The notes beneath the pieces are model-generated. The model was not told the origin of the DNA. It worked only from the letters and a program-made list of their open reading frames with translations, and searched no databases. DNA of 64,000 bases from Hyaloraphidium curvatum SAG 235-1. Lineage: Eukaryota; Fungi; Monoblepharomycota. The position numbers and the translations under genes are program-made. Shown one piece after another: positions 45,958-58,553 of the stretch (position 1 is its first letter; each line of letters begins with the position of its first letter). Location of the stretch: NCBI GenBank assembly GCA_025558095.1, contig JAIVFI010000014.1, positions 620,001 to 684,000 on the forward strand, read 5' to 3'.

Positions 45958-48145
45958 CTATCGCGGCTCCCCATGGCCGTTCACCAGCGATGCATCGCTC
46001 CCGAGCGGCACATCGACCATCTCCCCCGCGCTTGTCCCCGCGCCGTGCCCCGCCTCGAGCTCCGTCACGCTCCTCGCCACCCCCCTCGACAAGCCCAGCT
46101 TGGCCGCCTCGGGCAGCGTCTCGAGCGGCAGCGCGAAGCATATCCCAGCGGCAAAGACCAGGATGCCCGCGGACACGAAGGGCAGCAGCGCGTTGCGGTA
46201 CCACACGTCCGCCGAGAGCAGCGCGCCGCTCATGGTCGGGGCGAGCATGGAGGAGAAGCGGCCGAGGGACATGGCGAGGCCGAGGAGCTGCGTGCGATGC
46301 GCAGTGGGGTACAGTTCGGGCGTGTAGAGCCAGAGGGCGGTGGATGAGATCTGCCAGCCGACGTTGAAGAGGACGCTGGTGGCTCTGCGGATCTGGAGTC
46401 AGCTGCGATCGGCGTTTCCAGGGGAATGGGACCCACAGGCTGCCGGCCTCGAGAGCAGCATGCTGAGAGGGATCGTTCTTGGCGGCCTCGAAGGCGACGG
46501 CACCGAAACCGGCGAGCGAGGCGGCCATGAAGAGCGTGGCGGTCCAGATGGTCCCCACGCGCCCCAGGGGCGGCCAGTCGAGCATGTACCGGCAGACGAC
46601 GGCGGAGGGGATGGCGGCGACTGTAAGGGCATGGTGAGTGGGCTGTAGCGGACAACCGGTGGTTGATCCCACCCGTGTAGATGACGAGGTCGCGATACGT
46701 AGCGCTCTCGTTCGTCAGGCCCATGTTGGTCAGGAGTACGGCAAGGAAGCTGCTGAATGAGACTCCGCCCAGGTAGTAGACGAACCAGAAGATGAAGAGG
46801 AGGATGCTCGTGGTGCGGAGCAACGGATCGTTCGCCACCGCGGCGTTCCAAGTGTCCCGAACCGAGGCGACGGCAAACTTGACGCCGTCGAGCACCTTGG
46901 TGAACCAGTTGCGGTTGTCGACGCCCTTTTCCACCACCACGCGATTCCGCGGCTCCCTCCCCGCGCCGACGCCAAAGTGCTCCTCGAAAGCAAACTCCTC
47001 CTTCTCCCCCAGCGGATCCCGGTTGTACTCTGCCACCCGCCTCAGATCCCTCGACGCCCCCTCCCAGTCGTCCTTGGTCGCGGAAAAGTACGGCGTCTCG
47101 TACAGCGGCAGCAGCAAGCGGCGGCACGCGAGCATGACGAGATTGATCCCGGCCAGGATGAGCGTGAACACGCGCCACGAGGAGGTGCCGACGTAGGCGG
47201 GGTGGTCGAAGAGGGTGAGCTCCAAGGGCATGATCGCCCAGGCGAGGAGCGAGGGGACCACGGAGCCGCACCAGAAGATCATGTTCCTTTTCGGGCGCGG
47301 GGTCAGACAGCGGATGGGCGCCGGTGTCGGTCGCGGACTTACATGTAGGACATGACGGAGCCCATTTCCTTGGGGATCCACTCGAGGAAGAGGCACGAAT
47401 CCAGGGCGACGTTGCCTCCGTAGGACATGCCCAGGAGCGTCGCGAACACGCACACGCCGCCGAACGCGGGCATGAGGGCCATCAGGATGCCGCTGAAGCC
47501 GCAGAGGCCGAGGGTCACGCCGAATGTCAGCCGGCGGCCGTAGTAGGCCGCGAAAGCGCCCCAGATGATCTCGCCCAACGCGGAGCCGAAGTAGAACAAC
47601 GTGAGCATCAGACCTGTCATGCTGGGGGAGAGGTTGAAGGCCGCCGTGATCCCGGGCATCATGAAGGAGATGCCCGTCCACCACAGCGCGTCGTTGGCCC
47701 AGCCCAACGAACAGAGAGCAAATAGTCGGTGCTGGTAGCGGCCGTAGCCGACCCGCCGCAGCGCCTCCTCGATCCAGTCCTCGTGCGTCTTTTCGTGCGG
47801 CAGTTTTCCTGCCGAAGTCTTTGCCCGCGTGTCCGCCGACCGCAGCTCCAGCGCCACGGAGCCCGCGACCGAGGCGCCGAAGGCCTGCATCGGCGTGTTG
47901 ATGTCCGGCACCACCGAATGCACCCGCAGCGCCTCGGCCACGGTATGTGCGCGCCGGGAGCTCGGCTTCTCGGGGGCCGCCTTGACGGGCACGGTCTTCG
48001 ACGACGGGGGCAACGCTGCGGCCGCCGGGGACGCGGAGCTCGCGGCGTCCCCTGGCGCGTGCCGCGTCTCCTCCGAGAGCGGCATCGCGATGGCCGTCCT
48101 CGCCATCTCCGGAACCGCAGCGCCCGCAGGCAAATTGGCGTCCAT
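45958..48145 (-). CDS. MFS transporter (SV2/SVOP-like sugar porter family), multi-exon
   Basis: VGYGRYQHRLFALCSLGWANDALW, YGRRLTF, GGNVALD..FLEWIP, SWRVF, ETPYF, YTPELYPT, and many hydrophobic helices. Confidence 0.85.
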
Positions 48146-48471
48146 CGCTGCCGCAGCAAGGCAAGAGCCGAGAGATGTGTTGGCCAGGGTCGTCGATCCG
48201 AGCGCCCCGCCCGCGCAACAAAGGTCCCCCGCTTCCCGCTCCCTGGCCAGCCAGCGACACAGGCAGCGGCTTCCGTTCCTAATGATGGCCGATCGATGGA
48301 CAGGCGGCGATAGAAACCCATCTTTTCGCTATAAGACATCCGCTACGCCGGTTGAAACCGTATGGAAAACCGCCCCGTCCTGCTTCCTTCAAATGTAGAG
48401 CCCCCGATTCGTCCGATCCTGCTTGATTCATCTGATCTCTTCTTCTTGAACGAAAAGAAACCTCGGAATCT

Positions 48472-49240
48472 TTACTGCTCGAGGTGCACGCCCTCCGGGG
48501 GCTCCCACTGAGCGTGCGGGGGCTCGACGAGCGTGTCTGGACGGATACGCGTCAGATCGCGCAAGAAACACCGACACCACACGCGCAACACCCACTGACG
48601 AAGTACAGGCACCCGTTGGTGTGGTCGTGCAGGACGGACCAACCCCTGGGCATGTCGGGGTCCTGCGGCGGCGGGCCGGGGGGCGGGGGGAAGTACGAGC
48701 CGGGCGGGGCGTACCAGGTGACCATGGGGGGGTTCACGTTGGTGTCTGGCATCGGGATCAGCGACTTGCGGCGCGGGATCGCGGGATGTGCTGCACCCAC
48801 CGACGAAGAAGTACTCGCCCGAGCTCGGGTCCTGCTGCCTGATCCAGCCGGCGGGGAGCGACGGCTTCTGCGGCTGCTGCGGCGGGCCCTGGGTGTGCGG
48901 CATCGGCGGGGGCGCCACGGCGACGACCTGCGGGGCCGGGGCCGGGGCCGGGGCGGCGCGCGGCGCGGCGGGCTGCTCGGCGTAGTACGCCTGCTGGGGC
49001 TGCTGCGGGGCCCCGCCGCCGGCACCAGCGGCGACACCAGCTTGGTACGCTTGCTGTTGCTGCTGGGCAGCCATCTGCTGCTGCTGCTGAGCCATATAGG
49101 CCTGCTCCTGCTTCTTCTCGGCATGGTTGCTGGCGACCGCGGCGCCGACCACGAGGCCGGTCACCATCCCACGGCGGCGAGCGCTGCGGCGGGGTCAGCA
49201 TGAAAACTGGCGCGACGAGCAGCGCGACCTACAGCAGCAT
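48472..49240 (-). CDS. Small Gln/Pro-rich protein with two WW domains, multi-exon
   Basis: Spliced LPAGWIRQQDPSSGEYFFV|DTNVNPPMVTWYAPP and MPRGWSVLHDHTNGCLYFV|DTLVEPPHAQWEPP. A tiny first exon at about 49233-49240 gives MLLARRRGMVTG. Confidence 0.7.
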
Positions 49241-50030
49241 CTTGGCGGTTTCGGCGGAGGAAGCGAGTGGAAGGGTTGTTTCTCGAGCCCTGTGTTGGCC
49301 GGCCCCTGCGCGACAAGCCGCGTCGGGGCTTAGTCGCCCACGGAACACCGGAGCTCGCGCCAGAAAACGGGAACTCCACGCAAGGCTCGCCATCAGTGCT
49401 CATCTGACTCTCGGCAGGCATCGTTCATCCGCATTTTCATCAACGCGGGTGCTGGATAGCGAGCGGTTGCGAACGAGCCTGTGCCAAGGTTGCCAAGGAG
49501 GAGAAAGCGAGCTCGGATGAGTATAACATAAAGCATTCCCATCTAGTGCATTAGAAAGATTGATTCCGAGGCGCTGGGGCGCGAGTGAGCAATGTTTGCT
49601 TCGTTCCTAGGTGGGTGGGCCGCGGCACGTTACATTCGGCATCGAGCTTCATGCTCCAGACGGAACGGTGGGCCGGTTGCCATCAAAGCAAGGCGATTCC
49701 GCAGCTCTTTCCATCCGCCATGCGATGCCTTGTCAGTTTAGCCTCGAGGGGATCTGCCGGAATACGGAAATGCCGCACCCGGCGCGGCGATCCGCACTCC
49801 GGCTCGGCCACACACCACTGCCCCCCCCCCCCCCCAACGGTTGGGTTTCGCCGCGGCCCCACGGCCTTCAGGCGCCGGAAGCGTCTCAGCTCTGCGACAC
49901 CGCCGTGTGATGCGCCGGGCCGCCGCGTGACCGCCGGACAAACATCGGTCGGCGGTTCGCGCTTTGTCAACAGAGACCGGAACCCCCCGCGGACGCCTCC
50001 CGGGCCGTCCTCTCCCTCCTGCGCCCCACG

Positions 50031-51372
50031 ATGGCGATGCCGAAGCCGCGGCAGTCGCGGCTGCTCGACGTGGCGGCGCTGGCGCCCTTGCGGGCGCTGC
50101 TGCACGTCGCGCCGGGCAACTCGTCCGCCGCCGCGCCGCCGGCCGCCTCGGACCTCGTGCCGCTCTCGGCGCTGCTGACGTCGGTCGTCTCGGTCGCCGC
50201 CGGCGTCGTGGTGGCCTGGCTGTCGCCGCTGTGGGCCGCCTTCGGCGAGCTGACGTGGGCCGAGTGGGGCACCGTCGTGCTGCCGCCGCTGGCTTACTGG
50301 GCCTACTCGCTCTTCCTCACCGTGGTGCCGCCTCTGGTGCCCGGCTTTGCCGAGCGGTACCGGCTCAACTCCACCACCGAGCGTGTGAACCGCGTGACGC
50401 CGGGCGAGGTGGCCCGCACTGTCGTGGTGCAGCACATGATCCAGATGACCGTGGCGCTCGCCGTCGCCGTTCTGACTCGGGGGCAGGGTAAACCGGACAC
50501 TTGGCCCGTGGCCATCGGGAAGATGGCGGTGGGCGCCTTTGTGCTGGACGCCTACGAGTACTGGATCCACAGGTGAGCAGATCGGCGGGCGGCATCGGGG
50601 TCTTCGGACCTGTTTCCGGGGGGGCTGCGGCTTTTTCGGTACTGGCCGTGGTGGGGCGTTGTGGTCGGCGCCGGCATGCCCCCCGCAACCGGTCCTGATC
50701 CGGCTTCCGAACCTCCGATGTGTTTGCCACCGGGTGCCTGACATCGGATCGCCCCTCGCCAGGTGGATGCACGTCAACCCCTACCTCTACCGGACCATCC
50801 ACTCGGTCCACCATCGCCTCACCACCTCGTACTCCTTCGGCGCGCTCTACAACCACCCGCTCGAGGGCCTGCTCCTCGACACCATCGGCGGCGGGCTGGC
50901 CTCGCTCGTGACCTTCATGAACCCCGAAACGGCGTGCCTGTTCTACGTCTTGAGCACGCTCAAGACGGTGGATGACCACTGCGGCTATGTTTGGCCGTGG
51001 ATGAGGCTGTTTGGGAACCATGCCGGGTATCACGACGTGGGTTCTTCGGATGTGCTCGGACGCCGTCAGAAGCTGACCGCCTTGTTTGTCAGGTCCACCA
51101 CTGGAAGGGCGGCGGCAAGTTCAACTTCAGCCAGCCGTGGGTGTTGTCCGATCTTTGCCCCATTGCGCCAGACTGACCCCGCGGCTCCGATCAGTTACTT
51201 CACCTTCTGGGACGACCTCTGCGGAACCCGATGGACCGGCCCTTCCCCCTCCTACGTGGGTCCCAACCCGCCCGTCGCCTCCGACCCCGGGGCAAAAGCG
51301 GACCCGCCCGCTCCCGCCGGGAAGGAACCGGCGGTCGTGCGGACGCTCCGCTCGCGGACGGTGAAAGCCTAG
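50031..51372 (+). CDS. SUR2: Sphinganine C4-hydroxylase (fatty acid hydroxylase superfamily), three introns
   Basis: His boxes YWIHR|WMH, HSVHH and YHDVHH; GALYNHPLEGLLLDT; KTVDDHCGY; NFSQPYFTFWD. Confidence 0.9.
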
Positions 51373-51554
51373 GGGGCTGGACCTTCAATTGTACAGGCCT
51401 GGGACGCGGGTCCGGGCGGCGTGGGGGAATCTTCGACGTTTTCTTCTTGATCTTTTTCTTTCTTCGAGAGTACTGAGTACGTACGAGAGCTGCCGGTAAT
51501 ATATTGGCATGGAAAGGAAGACAGTTCGACCGAACCACTTTCCCGGCACCCTGC

Positions 51555-52505
51555 TCATTCAAAAGCCGCGGTCGGATTGCCCAGCAGGCCGCCGTAGCTC
51601 CCCGTGATTGAGACGCGCGGAAAGAGCGCCCAAAAGGCCCTTTCGTCCGAGTTGCGGCCCCACTCGAGGAAACTTGAGTAACTTCTCAGGGCAAAGTCCA
51701 CCTCCAGCCCGTGCCCCATTATCTCGGCCGCCGCCATGCCCGATTCCGTGAGCACGAGGTCCGGGAGCGGGTTGACGATGACCAGCCTCCTAAGCTTGGG
51801 CGGCAGGCACGCAGAAAGGGCCGACGTCGGCGCGTGCCACAGGCAGAGCGTTTCCAACCTGCCCAGGTCCCTGATCCTTGCCAGCGCCGCGCGGTCGCAC
51901 CCCGAGGCGTCCCGGATCTCGGCGTCCAGGAGGTTGGGCGGCGGTTGGAGGAGGAACGCGTCCCGCGCCCACGCCGGGACCCGCACCGAGCGCAGCTTGG
52001 AGGAAAGTTCGGGGTACAGGAAGACGGTGGTCGTTCCGGGCGGTGCGAAATCGGGCATCGCGCAGCGGAGGTCGCGGAGGGTCGGCGAGAGCGAGAGCAG
52101 GCCCAAGACCGCGGCGCTGGTCGCGCATGGAGCCTCCAATGAGACAGCTTCGAGGCCCGTCGTCCGCGACAAAATGGATAGGAGGGCGTGGCACGGGTGC
52201 CGAGAGAGGGTGAGCCGGCGCACGTGCGCGAACTTGCCCGGCGACGAAAGTGCCCCGGCGAACGCTTCGAAGCCGCGGAATGTCTCCCTCAGGCGCAGGT
52301 ACCGGAGTAGAGGCGGCGTGCCGAGCGCGTAGCAGGCGCGGTCCGCCAGCATGAGGCGCAGCAGCGTCCGTTTGAGGCCCGAGGCGGCGAGGTGCTCCAT
52401 GACCACGAGGACGAGCTCCGGGAGCAGGTGCGGCCGAGAGGGGGGTTTCTGCCCCGAGCTCGGGATCTGAAGAGTCCCGCAGTCTGATTCCGGGGCATCC
52501 TCCAT
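51555..52505 (-). CDS. F-box-like / leucine-rich-repeat protein
   Basis: N-terminal LLPELVLVVMEHL..LLRLMLADR..Y followed by LxxLxL-type repeats. Confidence 0.55.
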   Translation of the reverse strand: MEDAPESDCGTLQIPSSGQKPPSRPHLLPELVLVVMEHLAASGLKRTLLRLMLADRACYALGTPPLLRYLRLRETFRGFEAFAGALSSPGKFAHVRRLTLSRHPCHALLSILSRTTGLEAVSLEAPCATSAAVLGLLSLSPTLRDLRCAMPDFAPPGTTTVFLYPELSSKLRSVRVPAWARDAFLLQPPPNLLDAEIRDASGCDRAALARIRDLGRLETLCLWHAPTSALSACLPPKLRRLVIVNPLPDLVLTESGMAAAEIMGHGLEVDFALRSYSSFLEWGRNSDERAFWALFPRVSITGSYGGLLGNPTAAFE

Positions 52506-52939
52506 GCCAGATTCGTCGTCAGGGAGGCGGGAAACGCGGACGAGATTTCAACCGCCTCGGCGCTGACTGACGGCGACGCGTTGCACCGTCCCCCCGATCT
52601 CTGCACTTTGGACCTTTACCGATTGCTTTCGTCAGGATTTCCAATGAGTTTTGATTACACACAGATGTGTTGCTAAAGCATCGTCGTCGTCGGCGCTCTC
52701 CTCGTCCGGAACCTTGACGTGCATCCCACTTGTCCGGTCTAGTCGTCACCGTCGTCACCCGCGTTCTGCTCCTCGCCATATCTTCATTCCAATCATCATC
52801 ACTGGCCATCCCCTGCCCACTCGTGCAGCTTCAACTGGTCGGAGCCTAGGAGCATTGCGTCGTCTTCCAGCAGCTGGATGGCTGTGGAGGCGCATCCCTA
52901 CCGATTCCCCTCCTCAACATGTTTCTGTCAAATGATGCG

Positions 52940-53991
52940 TTAAGACGTCGCCTGAAAGCATTTCAGCTTGTGGGCGGCCCAGTGCTGGCGCTGGCAATCG
53001 GGCCCGCAGTAGAGAGCGACGCGGCACCGTCCGCACTTGCTGAGCTTCCCTTCGGTTCCGCAGAGGTCGCAGCTGTCCGGCACGGGGGGCGATATGGCAA
53101 CGTGGAGGTACCGGCCCGCATCGATCTCCTGCTTCCGCGCCTTGCGAATCATCCCCTGCCCATCATCAACGGTCTTGATGTCGAGCACGACGCTCAGGCA
53201 GAGCAACGAGTGGTGGATCATGCCGAGATCGCGTTCGACGTCTTTGCCCAGCTTCTGCATGTCGAGCAAGGCCTCGAAGCACTCCTTCTCGGTCTGCCCC
53301 ATCATCCCCATGCGGTGGCCCGGCCCTCTGTTCTCGCGCACCAGCTTCCGCAGGGCTGAAGGGTCCCGCTCAATCACCTCGCAAACCAGGCTCAGCTGCC
53401 GGAGGAAGGTGTACCTGGCCTTGCGGGCCATCTCGCCCATCCCTTCGGCCGTCCAGGACGGCTTCGGATCCGCCAGCAGCTTCACGATCGAGACGTACGC
53501 CACGTACGAGACGAAAGCGGACCGATCCATCGCCAACGGATCGTTCGCGATCCTCTGTGCAACCCTCGGAGAGTGGCTCGCGACGTCGGCCAGGATGGGG
53601 ACGGCGAGCTTGGCCAGCTGGAACAGATGCGGCGCGGGAGGCCGGGACCCGTCGCCGGCGCCGGTGACGACGAGGAGTTAGGTCGGCGTAGCTCTGCTTG
53701 GAAAACGGCCATGGCAACGGAATCCGCCAGCGGCTCGGCGAGGTCGTCCCGCGTGACGGGCCCGCCCCCGAAGTACGGAGCGAGCACGGCGGGGTCGAAG
53801 CCGTTCTTCAGGTAGAAGAACGTCTCGACGAGCGTGCCTGCGCGCTCCAAGGCCTCCTTGGCGCGCTCCGGATCGCCGTGGCCGGTCCCGGTCGAGATGA
53901 GCGCCGACACGTCACGCACGAACCCCGCCGTGTCCATGGCGTCCCATCCGGACTTAGCGGTGGGAGCGGTAATGGAACTTTCGGAGACCAT
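52940..53991 (-). CDS. MYND zinc-finger protein; apparent 1-nt frameshift near 53680
   Basis: C-terminal CDLCGTEGKLSKCGRCRVALYCGPDCQRQHWAAHKLKC. The upstream ORF (MVSESS..AELRRP) switches frame to LLVVTG.. with no evident intron. Confidence 0.75.
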
Positions 53992-55052
53992 GGTGCTTGA
54001 TGGTGCGGCCGGCGGTACGCTGGTGGTGGGCGGAGGGCTGTCGGTTTTGGGGCAACGCCCGTCGGGTGTTATCTACGCGGGGCCGTTAGGCGAAGCAGTA
54101 ACCCGAGGTCCGTTTGCAAGGAAGCAGAAAACTAAGCAACAGCTGCTGGTTGCCAATGTCTAGCGTCGCCTGATTTCGCTTCAGGCGGCGCGATCGCTGA
54201 CCGCCTTGCTCGTGCCATCATTGGCGCGAGAATTCGAAATGACATTGATATTCACGCCCGTCAGTCATTCCGAAATGAATCAGTGCGACGAGATCCGTGG
54301 AACGACGTCACGGAGACGGAGACGATTTTGGCTCGGCCGACTGCCCTTGCGCACCGCGGGAGACCGCCGGACCCGACGCAACACCACAGGCCGGCATCGA
54401 CGCCACCGACGGCAAAATCGCCGTCGCGGGTGCATGATGCACCCTGCGAAGATGGTTTCGCGCCGCCTCCGGTCCGTGCCCGGCCAACGGGAGTCGGTTG
54501 CCTCTTTGGGACTGGCGAACCCCCGAGGTCGCGGAAAACCAGGAACCGATGGGATCAGGCATCCTCCGCCCGTTCCGCCGCCTTTCGGTAGACCGAGCGC
54601 GTCTGATTCGCCGCCGCGGCGCACATGATGCGGTCCGATGGGCATATTCGATGTAATCCCCCAGCGACGTGCGGCACCTCCGCACTTCCTCCATCCCAAG
54701 CCGCTATCAGGCCGCCCGCCGCCAACGTCAAACCTCCCTCCCGCCACAAGCACCTCCGTGCCGGTCCATCCGCGTACAGCCCACCGAGGGAGCACCAACC
54801 GCACGAGGGACGAGGGCATGAGGAGTGGGGACGCTGCACCAGCCCCTGATCACACCGGCATTTTCCCGAGCTCTCCTCCGCCAGAACCACTCCGTCATCC
54901 CCTGTCGAGTCGGTCCCCGTGCCCTCCGCTCGCCGCATCGCGGGCATTGCATTCCGCCCCGTGCGATCCGGCCCGCGGCACCCGCGGCAGCGCCCCCGGC
55001 GCCCACCGAGGCGCCACCCTCTTCGTCGGACACCCCCCGCCCCCCGAGGACG

Positions 55053-56673
55053 ATGCCCCGCCCCGCGATGCCGCGGCTGGCGCTCGCCTCCGCCTTTCTG
55101 CTGCTCTCCGCCGGCGCCGCATCGGCGTCCGTGCTCGACACGCTGTTCGCCGGCCGCCCCGCTGCCGACCCGGCGCTGCTGGCCATGAAGCACGACAACG
55201 ACCTGGAGGCCGGCAACATCACGCTGGACCACTCGCCGTACAGGCGGTACCGCCGCGGCCCGTCGCGGAACTGGGGCGTCTCGGTCGAGGGCGCCTCGGA
55301 CGTGCCCGTGGGGATCCCGCCGCGCACCGCATGTGAAGGCCTCCTGACGCCGCCCCGCGCGCAGAACGTGATCGGCAACCCCGCATACCACGTGTTCCCC
55401 GACAGCCACATCACCGTCGTGAACGGGGCCTCGGGATGGGTCATCATCTGGTCGGAGTGCGAGAACTACCGCTCCGTCAACGACAACCGCTGGCTCGACT
55501 CCAGCGGGCGCATGGAACCCTACATCGCCTGGCCGAACATCTACTACGGCGGCAGGAAGGGTGGGTGTCCCTCTGGCGCCGGGATGCGGTGCAGCTGCTG
55601 ACCGAGCCCCAACTCGGCCCCAGACTACCGCGGCTTTGACAATGGCGGCCGCTGGCTCATGAGCGTGCACATCCACCCCACGAACGGCAACCCCAGGGTG
55701 CGCATTCCCTGCCGACGGCCCGCACGCGGACGCTGACCCCCTCCACCAGCACTTCATCGCCTTCTACCACGCCGAGGACGGCTACTGGCCGCGCCACCCC
55801 GCCGGCGGCCCCGCATGGAAATCCATCGGCATGGTGCAATCCTGGGACGAGGGCATGACCTGTGCGTCCCCCCGCCCCCCCCCCCCCTGTTCCCGCCGTT
55901 CCGCTGACCCGCGCATCCCCGCGCACAGGGACCGACTACGGCCAGATCATCACCTCCCCCATCCCCCGGCCCCCGGACGACGCGCCCTACTACGGCGGCG
56001 TGGGCAACCACGACGTGGTGTGGGACAAGGGCAGCAACAGGTGGATGCTCATGTTCTCGGAGCACCAGCTCGGCATCGCCGTGTCGTACGACCCCAGCGC
56101 CATGCCCAACTCCTGGTGCGTCCGCCGTGCGATGCGCCGGCCCCCGCGGTGCGTAATGCTGATGCGATGCGTTCCGCGCAGGTTCAAGTGGACCGGGGAC
56201 GGGTTCAACTCGCCCGGCCTGTACGGCTCGTTCGTCGCTTCCCCCGGGCTGGACTGGGTCCCGGGCTCCAACCCCTCGATCCACTGGAACGTCTACGTCG
56301 AGAAATGGATCGTCATCTTCAACGGCTGTCGGTTCCTCCCCCTGGCCCGCATGCATCCGTGGCTGACCCCGCCGGTTCGCAGGGGACAACTGCCTGCACG
56401 TCTCGGGCAGCGACGACGGGATTCACTGGGAAGGCGTCCGCACGCTGACCTGCAGCATGGACGGCAGCAGGGCGTGGTACCCCAACATCGTCTCCCCCGA
56501 GGGCGGCTCCTACTGGGGCGGGCAGTGGTGGGTCGGCCCCCTTTCCCGGGCGGATGCGCCGGAGCTGACGCGGATCGACCGGCAGGATGAAGCTCTACCA
56601 CGCGGACAGGTTCATCTGGCCGGACGTGCGGCACCTCGTGCAGAGGGGGATGAACTTCTGGCGCGGGGACTGA
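55053..56673 (+). CDS. Secreted beta-propeller glycoside-hydrolase-like protein, many introns
   Basis: Signal peptide (RLALASAFLLLSAGAASA); FDNGGRWL, IAFYHAE, WKSIGMVQSWDEGMTW (Asp-box-like), GGVGNHDVVWD, NPSIHWNVYVEKWIV, SDDGIHW and AWYPNIV. Confidence 0.65.
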
Positions 56674-58553
56674 TTGGAACGAGGAGGAGTGCGGGGCGTG
56701 CGTGGGAATCTTGGACGGCTGCGACGGCTACGGCGAATCTGTGTAGAATGCACTGGAACATGCTATCGTCTGGAAATACTGTTGCGGAGATCGATGCCGG
56801 GTGGTGCATGGCGGTTGGCGGAGCTGTTGCTCTGCCTCGGCGGTTTGACCCGTCCGGCGGAGGCGTGCGCGGGCCCGTGCGCGAGTGGGGCAGCCCAGGA
56901 GCAGGGGTTCCCCGTCAGTTCGCAAATGAAAGTCCTACGCGGCAGGCGCTAGAGCATAGGTATGATCCCTGCCCGCCCTCGACCGTGGAATTGGGTTCGG
57001 ACCGACGCGAGCTTTGGCGGCTTCGGTGCGACGAGTCATCGCTCGGCACACCCCTGCACAACACGCTTCCGCCGGCCTGGCTTGGGAAAGGAAGCCCACC
57101 GCCCGCAATCGCCGAAGCCCCTTCCGCCGCGCGCTCGTGGCTTCGCGGCGGGCTTCGCGGGTGGCTCCCGCCTGGACGCCCCGCGGCGGTACCCCTCAAC
57201 CCTCGGCATTGCGACGCCGGCCTGTCCCGCGGCGACGCGGCCAGGCGTCGATCGGCAAACCCCGCGATCGGAGTTCCACCCGGGCTCCCAGACCAGGCCA
57301 CAACCGGGCCCCGGTCCCCGGCCCCGACGCTCCGCCAGTGCCCCACCTGCCCGCCTCACCCCGCCCACTCCGACCGCAACGCACCCTCCCGACGCCTCCC
57401 CCCGCCACCACCCCCCACCCCCGCCCCTCCGGCTTGTGTGGCAAAGCACCTGGCCGGGTCCGCCCCCCCGCATCCCCACCCCTCCCGCACCCGGGCCGCC
57501 GCGCGGGACAGTTGGTCCCCACCTTCATGATGCCGTCCGCGGTGCGCCGGGGGCTCCCCGTTGCGCGGTGGGGGAGGAATCGGGGGCCGCAGCGGGCGGG
57601 GTCGGCACCGCCCGCGGGCGGCGAAGCGGAGGCGGGGGCCGACGCCGGCCGGGCGTGGCGGGGGTGCGGGACGGGGCGGATGGGGGGCGGAGGGGGAGGA
57701 TGGGATGGGGGGAGGGTGGATGCGGAGTGTGGGAGGGGGGGAGAGGGTTGGCCGGCGGGTTGGGCGTTGGGCTTGGATGGGGCTTGGGCGGGGGGGTCGG
57801 CGCGGGCGGATGGGGGCGCCCGGGTGCGCGGGGGTTCGGGGGTCGGTGGATCGGGGATGGCCGAACCTGCGGGTGCGCAGCGGATGCGTGCGGGGCGTGT
57901 TGGTGCCGGTGGCGAGGTCCGGCCCGGATGGGGGAACTCGGATCGTGCCCTTGCGGCGCCGCACACAGCATCCATGGCCGGCTTGCAGAGGCCGGACCTC
58001 GCGTGCGTGCGGGCATGTGAATGGGGACCTGGCCGTCGGCGTTGCCGCCGAGCGGGGTTGACGCAGCTTGGCCGGTGGGGTGTTCCCAACCCATCCCGTG
58101 GATTTGGGTTTCGACGGCAGACTATCCGGAGACGGCCGGCGGCCGCCGTCGGTGCATCCTGGGCATGCGGGGGCGGCGCGGTAATTCGGTGCGGGCCGGA
58201 TGGTTGCTTCCCGACCCGCGCGGGCCGGCACCTTCGCTTGGGACGCCTCGGGACGTGGGCCGTTTCGGGTTCTACGTCGGCCGACGTTTCCCGCCCGGCG
58301 CCCTTGGCCGATCCCTACCATGGGCCGCCCGCACCCCTTGAAGCGCCTGTGTGCACCGCTTAGCCACCGGACCAGAGTACAGCGCTTCTTGGATGCTCGA
58401 AGAGTGCGCTTGCTGCACATGGAGCCCAGGCGTGCGAACCTCGGGGCGCGGCATCCGAGTGGGATGGCCGTATTCGGTGTCGCCGGGGTCCGGACCGATG
58501 TCTGGCCCTTGTCGGCGGCAAGTGCCTGCCGCAGGACACACACCGCCCTCCCG

